DNA of 64,000 nucleotides, from positions 24,554 to 88,553 of the forward strand of contig JAJCXZ010000016.1 of the NCBI GenBank assembly GCA_029263175.1, written 5' to 3'. The notes below the pieces were generated by a model. That model did not search any database and was not told the DNA's origin. It saw only the letters and a list, made by a program, of their open reading frames with translations. The translations under genes and the position numbers were made by a program. Of the stretch, positions 50,920-60,185 are shown in pieces. Positions within the stretch are counted from its first letter, which is position 1; each line of letters opens with the position of its first letter. Source of the DNA: Acidimicrobiales bacterium (GTDB lineage Bacteria > Actinomycetota > Acidimicrobiia > Acidimicrobiales > Aldehydirespiratoraceae).

Positions 50920-51732
50920 ATGCCAACGTTGTCTCCCTCGGTGCGAAAGAGCGCCACGCTCATCTACCACTTCGCCGAGCGCGAATCGAAGGCTCGCTAC
51001 AAGCGAAGCATTCTTGGTTGGTTCTGGTCGTTCATGAACCCGCTGACCACAGTGATCGTGTACAGCTTTGTGTTCGGTGTCGTCTACGGGGCCAAGGCGC
51101 CGCTGACCAGCAACGGCAATGCCGAGAACTTCGGCCTCTACCTGTTCACCGGGCTCGTGGTATGGAGTCTCTTCACCGGCATCGTCAACGGTTCGATGGG
51201 TTGGCTCACGAGCGTGAGCGACCTCCGCAAAAAGATCTACTTCCCCACCGAGACCGCACTGCTCGGTGGAGCAGCGGCGAATGCGGTGCAGACCAGCCTT
51301 GAGGTTGTCGTTCTGATCGCCATCATGCTCGTGGCCGCCAACCTCTCCTGGACACTCATCTTCTTGCCCATCGCGGTGCTCATGGCTTTGTTCTTCGCAC
51401 TTGGTCTCGGATTCATCGCGGCGATCTACAACGCCCGCTATCGAGATATCCAGTACCTCGTCGGCATCCTGCTCAACGTGGCCTTCTTCGCCGTGCCGAT
51501 CGTGTACACCCCAACGCTTCTCGACAACGACGACATCCCCGACATCGTCCGCATCCTCGTCGAGTGGAATCCGCCGGCCCTGTTCGTCGAGATCGCCCGC
51601 GACGCGACGTACTTCCTCGAAGTGCCCCAATGGAATCGGATGCTTGCGGCGCTGGCCTGGACCGTTGTCACCTTCTCGATTGGCTGGTGGTACTTCCGGG
51701 ACCAGAGCATGGCCATCAGCGAGGAACCATGA
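50920..51732 (+). CDS. wzm: ABC-2 polysaccharide exporter, permease
   Basis: KARYKRSILGWFWSFMNPL, KKIYFP, YRDI, PIVY, WNP. Confidence 0.93.
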   Translation: MPTLSPSVRKSATLIYHFAERESKARYKRSILGWFWSFMNPLTTVIVYSFVFGVVYGAKAPLTSNGNAENFGLYLFTGLVVWSLFTGIVNGSMGWLTSVSDLRKKIYFPTETALLGGAAANAVQTSLEVVVLIAIMLVAANLSWTLIFLPIAVLMALFFALGLGFIAAIYNARYRDIQYLVGILLNVAFFAVPIVYTPTLLDNDDIPDIVRILVEWNPPALFVEIARDATYFLEVPQWNRMLAALAWTVVTFSIGWWYFRDQSMAISEEP

Positions 51733-52496
51733 ACACCGGGTCCATCCACGTACGAGGTGTCTCCAAACGCTTCCGGCTGGAACGCAATCGGCCGAGCTCG
51801 CTCAAAGAGGCGCTCCTGCGCACCGGCAAGAAGAAAGATGTCGACGACTTCTGGGCCCTGCGCGACATCGATCTCGACATCGAGCCCGGCGCGTTCTTCG
51901 GTCTGATCGGCCACAACGGCAGCGGCAAATCCACCCTGCTACGCCTCATGGCCAACATCCATGCACCCACCACGGGTGAGATCGAGGCCACCGGTCGACT
52001 CTCGGCGCTGCTCGAGCTGGGCTCGGGCTTTCATCCCGATCTGACCGGTCGGGAGAACGTCTACCTGAACGGGGCCATGCTCGGCCTCAGCCGCCGGCAG
52101 ATGGCCGAGTCGATGGACCGCATCATCGAGTTCAGCGGCATCGGCGAGTTCATCGACGAGCCGGTGAAGATCTACTCGAGCGGCATGTACGTGCGGCTCG
52201 GCTTCGCCGTGGCGGTCAACGTCGACCCTGAGATCTTGCTGGTCGACGAGGTCATCGCGGTCGGCGACGAGGAGTTCCAGCGCCGATGCATGGATCACAT
52301 GCATCAGCTGCGCGACAAGGGCACCACGATCGTGCTCGTCTCCCACAACGCCGGTCTGATGAGCCGCCTGTGTGACCGTGTGGGCTGGCTCGACCACGGT
52401 CGCCTGCTCGCCCTCGGGGACGCGACCGAGGTCGTCGATCGGTATCTCGCCCACGTCAACTCCGCCGGCGACAACACCCTCACCACTCACGACTAG
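51729..52496 (+). CDS. wzt: ABC polysaccharide exporter, ATP-binding subunit (no C-terminal carbohydrate-binding domain)
   Basis: FWALRD, GHNGSGKST, YSSGM, LLVDEV, VSH; 255 aa; ATGA overlap with wzm. Confidence 0.93.
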   Translation: MNTGSIHVRGVSKRFRLERNRPSSLKEALLRTGKKKDVDDFWALRDIDLDIEPGAFFGLIGHNGSGKSTLLRLMANIHAPTTGEIEATGRLSALLELGSGFHPDLTGRENVYLNGAMLGLSRRQMAESMDRIIEFSGIGEFIDEPVKIYSSGMYVRLGFAVAVNVDPEILLVDEVIAVGDEEFQRRCMDHMHQLRDKGTTIVLVSHNAGLMSRLCDRVGWLDHGRLLALGDATEVVDRYLAHVNSAGDNTLTTHD

Positions 52497-52549
52497 TCAC
52501 GCTGGGGACAGCGCTTGCGCTGCGACGACGCAGCCCCAGTGTGACTTGC

Positions 52550-53518
52550 TCAGCCGCCGCGACGGCCGACGAGGAAGCCGCTCCCCCAGCCGAGATGAAT
52601 GGTGGCGAACGCGGCGAGCAGGACCATGCGATTGCTGAGACCGGTCACCTCGCACCGGGTCGAAGCAAAGATCGCGGCAACGAGGTAGATCACCGGGATG
52701 ACCAGTCCCAACAGGCTGCCCGCAAACAGCGCGCCGAGGGAAAACGCGAGACCGACCACAAGAGCGGGCGCCACGAGCTGCCGGATCCGGAGCGACTTCG
52801 GGGCCCGTAGCAGGCTGTAGCGCTTCCATGCACCGTACTGCCAGTGCTGATCCCACAATCGGCCGAGGGTCGGACGAGGGCGGTATTCAACGACGAGTTC
52901 GGGGTCGAACCACACCTGATGACCGGCCGCTCGCAATCGCCAATTGAGGTCGTAGTCCTGGTTGCGGCGCATTGACTCATCGAAACCACCGACTGCTTCG
53001 AGCGCGGCCCGAGAGAAGACGCCGAGGTAGACGGTGTCGACCGGGCCCTCCTCGCCATCTCGACGAAACCGCGCGGGCCCGGGGCCGAATGGCGAAGCCA
53101 TTGCCTCGGCGATGATTGCCTGGCGGCCGTGACCGCCGACGGGTCGCTGGATACCGCCGACGTTCGCCGCGCCGGTTCGTGCGAGGGTCTCCGAGGCCCG
53201 GCGCAGGTATCCGGCGGGGAGAATCGACTGGGCATCAACTCGAGCAATGATCGGGCCAGCGCTCGCGGCGATCGCCAGGTTCAGTGCTGCCGGTGTAGCC
53301 CCCGATGGATTGTCGACCACCCGCACGTTGGGATTGGTGCTCGCGGCGGCCTCCGCTATGGCCCACGTGTCGTCATTGCTCGGCCCGACAGCGATCGTGA
53401 TGTCGAACTCAGTGTCGACATCCTGAGCCAGAACGGCCTGCAGACAGGATCCGAGCGTGGCCGCGGCCTGCAATGCCGGAATCACCACGGAGATGCCCGG
53501 GGTTGTTGTCGGACTCAA
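52550..53518 (-). CDS. GT2 glycosyltransferase, succinoglycan ExoA-like
   Basis: VDNP....PAALN, RVDA, DTVYLG, RNQD..LN.R, QH..YG.W, C-terminal TM helices. Confidence 0.85.
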   Translation of the reverse strand: MSPTTTPGISVVIPALQAAATLGSCLQAVLAQDVDTEFDITIAVGPSNDDTWAIAEAAASTNPNVRVVDNPSGATPAALNLAIAASAGPIIARVDAQSILPAGYLRRASETLARTGAANVGGIQRPVGGHGRQAIIAEAMASPFGPGPARFRRDGEEGPVDTVYLGVFSRAALEAVGGFDESMRRNQDYDLNWRLRAAGHQVWFDPELVVEYRPRPTLGRLWDQHWQYGAWKRYSLLRAPKSLRIRQLVAPALVVGLAFSLGALFAGSLLGLVIPVIYLVAAIFASTRCEVTGLSNRMVLLAAFATIHLGWGSGFLVGRRGG

Positions 53519-54885
53519 CGGGCGCTGCGGCGAAGCATGACGAACACGGTCTCCGCCATGATCGAAAGGTCGAGAACGGGCGACCAGTTCACGACGTACT
53601 GGAGATCGTGGCCGAGCTTGTACTTCGCGTCGGTCTGATAGTGCGCTCGGACCTGGGCCAGACCCGTGATGCCTGGGGGAATGTCGTGGCGACGGCCGTA
53701 GCCCGGGAGAATCTCCTCGAACCGATGGACGAACTCCGGACGCTCCGGGCGCGGACCGACGATCGACATCTCGCCCTTCAGCACGTTCCAGAGTTGTGGC
53801 AGCTCATCGAGACGAGCCTGCCGCAGCCAGCCGAGCCCGCGTACTACTCGGGGGTCGTCCTCGGTGGCGAGTTGAGCGCCGGCGGTCTCCTCCGCGTCGT
53901 GGCGCATCGTGCGGAACTTCACCAGCGTGAAGAGTTCACCGTGTCGGCCAACCCTCGTCTGGCGAAAGATCACGCCTCGCCCGGCACGAGCCCGCGTGTA
54001 GAGCGCCACTGCAGCGACCACCAGAATGATCAGGGGTGACAGGACCAGAAGCACCGCCAGATCCAGTGTGCGCTTGAGTCGCAAACGGTGGCCCGGCACC
54101 GCGTGGGTTCGGAGAGCCACGAAGGGCATCCCGGCGATCTGACGGCTTCGCTGGAGTCCGAGCAACGTGTCGACCGGGGTGATTCGTCGGTAGACACCGA
54201 TCTTTCCGGCCTCGAACTCTTCCAGCGGGTGCGGGTAGATGGAATCGAGTGGGGCGCCGCTCAGGAGCAACACATCGGTGCTGTCGGTCTCTTCGACGGC
54301 CTCGGACAACGCACCAAGGCCGTCGGCGCGCCCGGCCACCTCGATGCCGCGGCCGCTCTCTGCCAGATGCTGCGCCGCCAACGACGCATCGTCGGGATTG
54401 CCGACGAGGAGGACACGAGGGCTCCCGAAGCGCCGGTAGCGGAGCCGGCGAGAGACAAGACGCATCGTGGTGACGCTGGCGCTGCCGAGCACGAAGAGCG
54501 CCGCCAGGTTGATCCGGGGCATCAGATAGCGGCCGGTGACCAGCGCGATGGTGGCGCTGATCAGGACCGCGGTACCCGTGAGCACGGTGGCCGAGGGCAG
54601 AACCGTCGGCGCTCCCAGGCGCTGCTCGTACTGGTACATCCCCCCGAAGTAGTAGACGACGAGATGGACCGCGGTGGCGAAGGCGAAGCCGATCAGATAG
54701 TGGCTCAGCGGGAACGTCGGCCAGTCGAAACCGAAGCGACCGACTGTGATCAGAACCATCAGCCCGTAGAGCGTGAGGGCATCGATCACATGGAGGAATC
54801 TGAACCCCCTTGCTCGCATTCGAGGCATGACCCGGCGTGAATGAGGTGCCTCGACGGCGGGAGGAGAGAGTGACTCGATCTGCAT
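53515..54885 (-). CDS. Initiating polyprenyl-phosphate sugar-1-phosphate transferase (WcaJ/WbaP/ExoY family)
   Basis: N-terminal TM helices, KRTLD, KFRTM, LDELPQLWNV..GEMSIVGPRPE, PGITGLAQV. Confidence 0.93.
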   Translation of the reverse strand: MQIESLSPPAVEAPHSRRVMPRMRARGFRFLHVIDALTLYGLMVLITVGRFGFDWPTFPLSHYLIGFAFATAVHLVVYYFGGMYQYEQRLGAPTVLPSATVLTGTAVLISATIALVTGRYLMPRINLAALFVLGSASVTTMRLVSRRLRYRRFGSPRVLLVGNPDDASLAAQHLAESGRGIEVAGRADGLGALSEAVEETDSTDVLLLSGAPLDSIYPHPLEEFEAGKIGVYRRITPVDTLLGLQRSRQIAGMPFVALRTHAVPGHRLRLKRTLDLAVLLVLSPLIILVVAAVALYTRARAGRGVIFRQTRVGRHGELFTLVKFRTMRHDAEETAGAQLATEDDPRVVRGLGWLRQARLDELPQLWNVLKGEMSIVGPRPERPEFVHRFEEILPGYGRRHDIPPGITGLAQVRAHYQTDAKYKLGHDLQYVVNWSPVLDLSIMAETVFVMLRRSAR

Positions 54886-54943
54886 GAGGTGGTGGGTCGA
54901 CGACAGAGGCCGGAACCTGCGTAGTGATGCTAATGCCGCTCGG

Positions 54944-55996
54944 TCAGGCTGAGCGGGCGCACTGGCTTATGAACGACGCGACACGCTCACGGACAAGGTC
55001 GAGCCCCTCGGGCTCATATGGCGTCAGCCGAGGGGGCCGATCGAGAGCGACGAGACCCTCCCAATCGTCGATCCGGCGAATGCGTTCCGTGTCGCCGATC
55101 TGTGCGACGAGCGAGCGAAGCTTGGCCTGTTCGCTGAGAACCACTGTGGGCACACCGTTCTGCACCGCAACCAGCGACGAGTGGTAGCGCGAGGAGATCA
55201 AGAGATCCGCACCGGCGATCGCATCGAGCGTCTCGTCGATGTCGGGAATGACGATCTCCGTCGAGGCGGCCATCCGCGGCGCAACCGCCTCGGCAAGTGC
55301 GGTATCGCGCTCACCGCGAACGCTGACGAAGGCCACCCCTGCATCCAACCGTTCGGCCACGACATCCAGAGCGGCCGCGATCGCGGGGGGATCGTCGCCG
55401 GCGATTCGGCGAGCAGCGGGCAGCAGTGATCCCGGCGCCACCGACCCACCGACCGCCACCACGATCCGGTTTCCGCCCGAGTCCTTCACCACCTTCCTCA
55501 GCGGCTGAGTGAACGCGATATCGGGCGCCACGGTTGCGTTGACACCGGCTTCCAGCATGGCCGCGGCCGAGTCCGTGTCGCGAACGATCGGTTCGCGATC
55601 ACCGAGGGTGCGGCGCAACAGCCAGCGCGACGATCGGCGGCGCAGGACCTCGGCGCCGAGCCCTACCCCAGTGACCGGTGTGCCCCGCCAGCGACGGACC
55701 AGCGGTCCCGCCAGATGTCCGAAAAGGCTCCACGCGCTGCTCGAGTCTTGAATGATGCCGCCGGGACCAACGATGATCCCATCACAGGTCCGGCCGGTCC
55801 ACGCCGTGGCCGGCCCCCATCTCACCGACTCGACGCCGTGGTGCAATTCGCTGGTGGCCACCGGGGCGCGGCTGGCAACGACCGCATGACCGCCGGCTGC
55901 AGTCACCAGATCGATCATGGAGCGGGTCAGTAGCTCGTCGCCGATGTTTCCTGCCCCGGCCCACCCGCAGATCAGTATTCGGGGCGCTGGAGTCAC
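54944..55996 (-). CDS. csaB: Polysaccharide pyruvyl transferase, CsaB-like
   Basis: GWAGAGNIGDE, GPGGIIQDSSS, VRD..S, PD, SRYHS match the CsaB/PS_pyruv_trans motif order; TAGGTT 7 nt upstream of GTG 55996. Confidence 0.78.
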   Translation of the reverse strand: MTPAPRILICGWAGAGNIGDELLTRSMIDLVTAAGGHAVVASRAPVATSELHHGVESVRWGPATAWTGRTCDGIIVGPGGIIQDSSSAWSLFGHLAGPLVRRWRGTPVTGVGLGAEVLRRRSSRWLLRRTLGDREPIVRDTDSAAAMLEAGVNATVAPDIAFTQPLRKVVKDSGGNRIVVAVGGSVAPGSLLPAARRIAGDDPPAIAAALDVVAERLDAGVAFVSVRGERDTALAEAVAPRMAASTEIVIPDIDETLDAIAGADLLISSRYHSSLVAVQNGVPTVVLSEQAKLRSLVAQIGDTERIRRIDDWEGLVALDRPPRLTPYEPEGLDLVRERVASFISQCARSA

Positions 55997-56034
55997 CTTG
56001 AGCAACCTAGCGGCGCTGGTAGCCTTGCTCCCGC

Positions 56035-56769
56035 ATGTCCACTCCGTCTGTCACCCCTTGCCTCTCGGTTGTGATGCCCTGTTACAACGAGACGGCCACG
56101 ATCGCTCAGATCGTCAAACGTGTGCTTGAAAGCCCTTACACGGCCGAGCTCGTCATCGTCGACGACGGCTCGACCGACGGCACACGCGATCTCCTCGAGA
56201 CGCTCACCGATTCACGGGTGAAGGTCTTCCTTCAGCCCGTGAACCAGGGCAAGGGCGCCGCCATCCGGCGCGGCTTTCAGGAAGCCACCGCCGAGTTCGT
56301 CATCGTGCAGGATGCCGATCTCGAGTACGACCCGGTCGACTACGACCTGATGCTCGAGCCGCTACTGGGGGGCAACGCCGATGTCGTCTTCGGTTCACGA
56401 TTCCAGTCCGGTCGGCCCCGCCGCGTGCTGTACTTCTGGCATTCGGTCGGGAACCGACTGCTCACCTTGTTGTCCAACATGTTCACCGATCTCAACCTCA
56501 CCGACATGGAGACCTGCTACAAGGCCTTCCGCACCGAGGTCATCCAGGGGATCGAACTCGAGCAGGATCGCTTCGGGATCGAGCCCGAGATGACTGCCAA
56601 GGTCGCCGCCGGCGGCTGGCGGGTGTGGGAAGTCGGGATCTCCTACTCGGGTCGGACCTACGCCGAGGGCAAGAAGATCAACTGGCGCGATGGCGTTGCC
56701 GCCGTGAAATGCATCATCAAATACGGCATCGCCACCCGTGGTCAGAAGTCCGGTCACCTCCGAGGCTGA
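56035..56769 (+). CDS. GT2, DPM1-like polyprenyl-phosphate glycosyltransferase
   Basis: VMPCYNE, DDGSTDG, NQGKGAA, QDADLEYDP, TDMETCYK, GKKI.W.DG. Confidence 0.9.
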   Translation: MSTPSVTPCLSVVMPCYNETATIAQIVKRVLESPYTAELVIVDDGSTDGTRDLLETLTDSRVKVFLQPVNQGKGAAIRRGFQEATAEFVIVQDADLEYDPVDYDLMLEPLLGGNADVVFGSRFQSGRPRRVLYFWHSVGNRLLTLLSNMFTDLNLTDMETCYKAFRTEVIQGIELEQDRFGIEPEMTAKVAAGGWRVWEVGISYSGRTYAEGKKINWRDGVAAVKCIIKYGIATRGQKSGHLRG

Positions 56770-56806
56770 GGCTCAGATAACCCCGATCTGAGCCGATGAG
56801 AACGTC

Positions 56807-58066
56807 ATGCGTTCGGATTTGGTCATCATCGGATTGGGTTACGTCGGACTACCTCTCGCTCAGGAGGCGGTGGCCAGCGGCCTCACGGTCGTGGGCCTCG
56901 ATGTCAACGAGTCGATGGTCGGGGGACTGATGTCCGGCGTCTCGCATGTCGACGATCTCGACAACGGCGACATTGCGGCGATGCTTGCCCGTGGCTTCCG
57001 AGCGACGACCGATGCGACCTGTATCAGCTCCGCTGATGCGGTCGTGATCTGTGTTCCGACCCCGCTCAGTGGGGACGGAGTCCCGGACCTCACCGCCGTC
57101 ATGGGTGCCGCGAAATCGGTCGGCGACAATCTCCGCGCCCGGACCCTCGTGGTCCTCGAGTCGACCACCTACCCCGGAACGACCGAGGATGTCCTTCGTC
57201 CCGCGATCGAAGCCGCCTCCGATCTCACCGCCGGGGTCGACTTCCCCCTGGCCTTCTCGCCGGAGCGAATCGACCCGGGCAATCCGACTTTCGGTGTACG
57301 CAACACCCCAAAGGTCGTCGGCGGCATGACCGCCGAGTGCACGGATCGGGCGGTCGACCTCTATGCGCGAATCGTCGACACGGTCGTGCCTACGGTCGGC
57401 ACTCGCGAAGCAGAGATGTCGAAGCTGCTCGAGAACACCTACCGCCACGTGAACATTGCGTTGATGAACGAGATGTCGGTCTTCTGCCATGACCTCGAGA
57501 TCGATCTGTGGGCCGCCATCGACGCGGCCAAGACCAAGCCGTTCGGCTTCCAGGCCTTCTATCCGGGCCCCGGCGTCGGTGGGCATTGCATACCGATCGA
57601 CCCGAACTATCTGGGCTACGCAGTGCGGTCGCTGGGCTATCAGTTCAAGTTCGTGGAGCTGGCGCAGGAGATCTCCGGGCGCCGCCCGTCATATGTTGCG
57701 TTCCGTTCACAGGAACTGTTGAACGAAGCAAAGAAGTCGATGAATGGTTCGAAGGTCGTGCTTCTCGGTGTGACGTACAAGTCGAACATCAGCGACGACC
57801 GCGAGACTCCGGCCCGTCCGGTTGCGGCCAAGCTCAAGGGCATGGGCGCCGAGGTCAGCTACTACGACCCGTTCGTCGACCACTTCGAGGTCGAGGGCGA
57901 GACCCTGCCGGCGGAGCCCGACCTTGGTGAGGCCATCGTCTCAGCCGACCTCGTGGTGTTGCTCACCGCTCACGACGTGTTCATGGACGAGCCGCTACTC
58001 GGCAAGGCCGATCGCATTCTCGATACGCGCGGTTCGATCAGCGGCGACAACGTCGTCCGGATCTGA
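56807..58066 (+). CDS. Nucleotide-sugar dehydrogenase (UDP-HexNAc 6-dehydrogenase, WbpA/WecC family)
   Basis: GLGYVGLPLA, ESTTYPGTT, SPERIDPGN, KLLENTYRHVNIA, GGHCIPIDP. Confidence 0.92.
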   Translation: MRSDLVIIGLGYVGLPLAQEAVASGLTVVGLDVNESMVGGLMSGVSHVDDLDNGDIAAMLARGFRATTDATCISSADAVVICVPTPLSGDGVPDLTAVMGAAKSVGDNLRARTLVVLESTTYPGTTEDVLRPAIEAASDLTAGVDFPLAFSPERIDPGNPTFGVRNTPKVVGGMTAECTDRAVDLYARIVDTVVPTVGTREAEMSKLLENTYRHVNIALMNEMSVFCHDLEIDLWAAIDAAKTKPFGFQAFYPGPGVGGHCIPIDPNYLGYAVRSLGYQFKFVELAQEISGRRPSYVAFRSQELLNEAKKSMNGSKVVLLGVTYKSNISDDRETPARPVAAKLKGMGAEVSYYDPFVDHFEVEGETLPAEPDLGEAIVSADLVVLLTAHDVFMDEPLLGKADRILDTRGSISGDNVVRI

Positions 58067-58094
58067 TCGAGCGCAGCGAGAACCCTGCTTGCTG

Positions 58095-60002
58095 CTAGAA
58101 GAGCGCGCCGGTGGGGACCGGGACGCCTGCACCCCATGCGTCTCCGGCGTTGACGAGGCGCCACAGGAACGTGATCATCTGTGCTCGGGTCACGACGTCG
58201 TCGGGTGAGAAGGTCGTCGGCGTGGTGCCGGTGGTGATCGCGAACAACGCCATCCAGGTGACCGGGGCGGTATAGAACTGCCCGGCGGGAACGTCGCTGA
58301 AGCCGCTGTTGGTGCCGTAGTCGGGTTCGCCGGTCAGTCGCCAGAAGAACGTGGCGACTTGGCCTCGGGTGACCCCGGCGTCGGGTTCGAAGGTCGTAGG
58401 GGTCGTTCCTGTCGTGATGTCGAGCTCGGCGGCCCAGATGACGGCTTCGGTGTACCACGTCCCAGCGGGGACGTCGGTGAAGGGGTTCGCGATCGTGGGA
58501 GCCGGGCTGCCCATCAGGCGCCACAGAAAGGTCACCGCTTCGGCGCGGCTGAGAGTGCGGGCATGGTCGAACTCGGTCCCGCCGGTGCCGGTGGATACGC
58601 CCGTCGCCTTGGCCCAGTCGGCGGCGATCACCCAGAAGCCGTAATCGGCGTCGGTGAACGGTTCGAAGTCGAGAGCGGCCAGCGCTCGCGGTTCAGGGAA
58701 GCGGGGGTCACGGTCCGAGGGGCTCGGGGTCACGAACGTGATCATCTCGCCGGTGGCTCGGAGCAACTCCATCGACCGTTCGGGCGACCAACCGCTGTGG
58801 TTCCCATCGAGGAGCGCCAGCAAGGCGGCGACGTGGGGCGCAGCCATGGACGTGCCGTTGAAGCTCCCGATTCCATCGCCGTCATAGTCGAAGAGAACGG
58901 TTGAGTCGATGCAGACTCCCGGAGCGACCAGGTCGATCGCCGGCCCGACCTGGGTGAAGGGAGCAACCTCGGCGGGGACGTCGCTCGAACAGATGAAGCC
59001 AGGACCCGAGGGTGTGTGGCGGCCGGTTGCGCCGACTGCGATCACTCCGTCGAGGCACGCGGGGAACGCGACCGGTTGGCCGTCGGTATTGCCGCTCGCT
59101 GCAACCACCGCGATTCCGGCGGCATTGAGCGCATCGATGGGACCCGCCCAGGGACCCGGAGCACAGCCATCGGCGGGCCCACCCAGGCTCAGGTTGACGG
59201 CCGCGATGTCGGTGCCACCCTCGTGAAGCTCGAGGACGTGGCTGAGGGCGGCGAGAACCGCAGCCTCTGGAATGTTGTCGGCAGCGTCGTTCATCACTCG
59301 GATGGAGACGACCCCCACATCGGGGGCTACGCCGTCGACTTCGGTCTCGGCCCCGATCGTCAGCGAGCTTCCGGTGATGATTCCGGCCACATGGCTACCG
59401 TGGGAGCAGTCCTCGACAGGCCCGGTGCAGGGTGTGCCCGTTCCCGGCCCAGTGGCGGTCTTCGTACCGGAAACCGGACAACGGCTCGGGTCACCCGGCA
59501 GGAGTCCGGTGAGGAAGCATGCTTCGCCGACGACGCTGGCCGAAAGCCCAGGGTGAGCGGTGTCGATACCGGAGTCGATCACGGCGACGACCTTGCCGGT
59601 GCCCATGGCGCCTGCCGCTCGGATCAGATCCCCTTCCACGATGCCCACAGATGCTTCAACGAAAAGCTCCAGCCGGCGCGACTCGGTCACACCGCCGACG
59701 ACCGAGAGCTGTTCGACCAGAGCCTCGCCGGCGTCGGTGGCCGCCACCGTCAGAAGACCGAAGCGGGGATTGCTGTCGATGACCTCGATGTTTCCGCCCG
59801 CGATCACGTCGAGCACCGCTCCCAGCTGTGCGGGATCGACCTCGTCGTCTACTTCCACGATCAGTGTGGCCGAGCGAGCAGATTGCGCATCTGCCATCGG
59901 CCCCGGCTGCTCCTCGGGTGCGTCCACCGCCGCGGCCTCTGTGGTGGCAGCAACCGTGCCCGAAGCAAGGAGGACGGTCAGCGCGGCAGCAACAAGTCGC
60001 AT
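58095..60002 (-). CDS. Secreted subtilisin-like (S8) serine protease with three C-terminal SLH domains
   Basis: Signal peptide, prodomain, catalytic triad VIDSG / HGSHVAG / GTSMAAPH, three SLH units. Confidence 0.92.
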   Translation of the reverse strand: MRLVAAALTVLLASGTVAATTEAAAVDAPEEQPGPMADAQSARSATLIVEVDDEVDPAQLGAVLDVIAGGNIEVIDSNPRFGLLTVAATDAGEALVEQLSVVGGVTESRRLELFVEASVGIVEGDLIRAAGAMGTGKVVAVIDSGIDTAHPGLSASVVGEACFLTGLLPGDPSRCPVSGTKTATGPGTGTPCTGPVEDCSHGSHVAGIITGSSLTIGAETEVDGVAPDVGVVSIRVMNDAADNIPEAAVLAALSHVLELHEGGTDIAAVNLSLGGPADGCAPGPWAGPIDALNAAGIAVVAASGNTDGQPVAFPACLDGVIAVGATGRHTPSGPGFICSSDVPAEVAPFTQVGPAIDLVAPGVCIDSTVLFDYDGDGIGSFNGTSMAAPHVAALLALLDGNHSGWSPERSMELLRATGEMITFVTPSPSDRDPRFPEPRALAALDFEPFTDADYGFWVIAADWAKATGVSTGTGGTEFDHARTLSRAEAVTFLWRLMGSPAPTIANPFTDVPAGTWYTEAVIWAAELDITTGTTPTTFEPDAGVTRGQVATFFWRLTGEPDYGTNSGFSDVPAGQFYTAPVTWMALFAITTGTTPTTFSPDDVVTRAQMITFLWRLVNAGDAWGAGVPVPTGALF

Positions 60003-60185
60003 TTGGGGAGATCTCCGGACGTTTGCGATCTGCCCTCCATCGGCCAGACCGGACCGAATATTGACCCACGTTCACTTGCATCGCGGGTCAGGGGACCGGG
60101 GAGCGCCGTCCTGATGACGATTGTGTGACGATTCGATCTAAGATGTTCCTTCCGGAACGCGGGCGGACTGTCGTCAGGGACACGA

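Noticed and set aside
34336-58066. Recently acquired genomic island
   Set aside because: No integrase, transposase, tRNA target or visible GC shift, and the promoter style matches the core genes. Composition was judged by eye, not computed.
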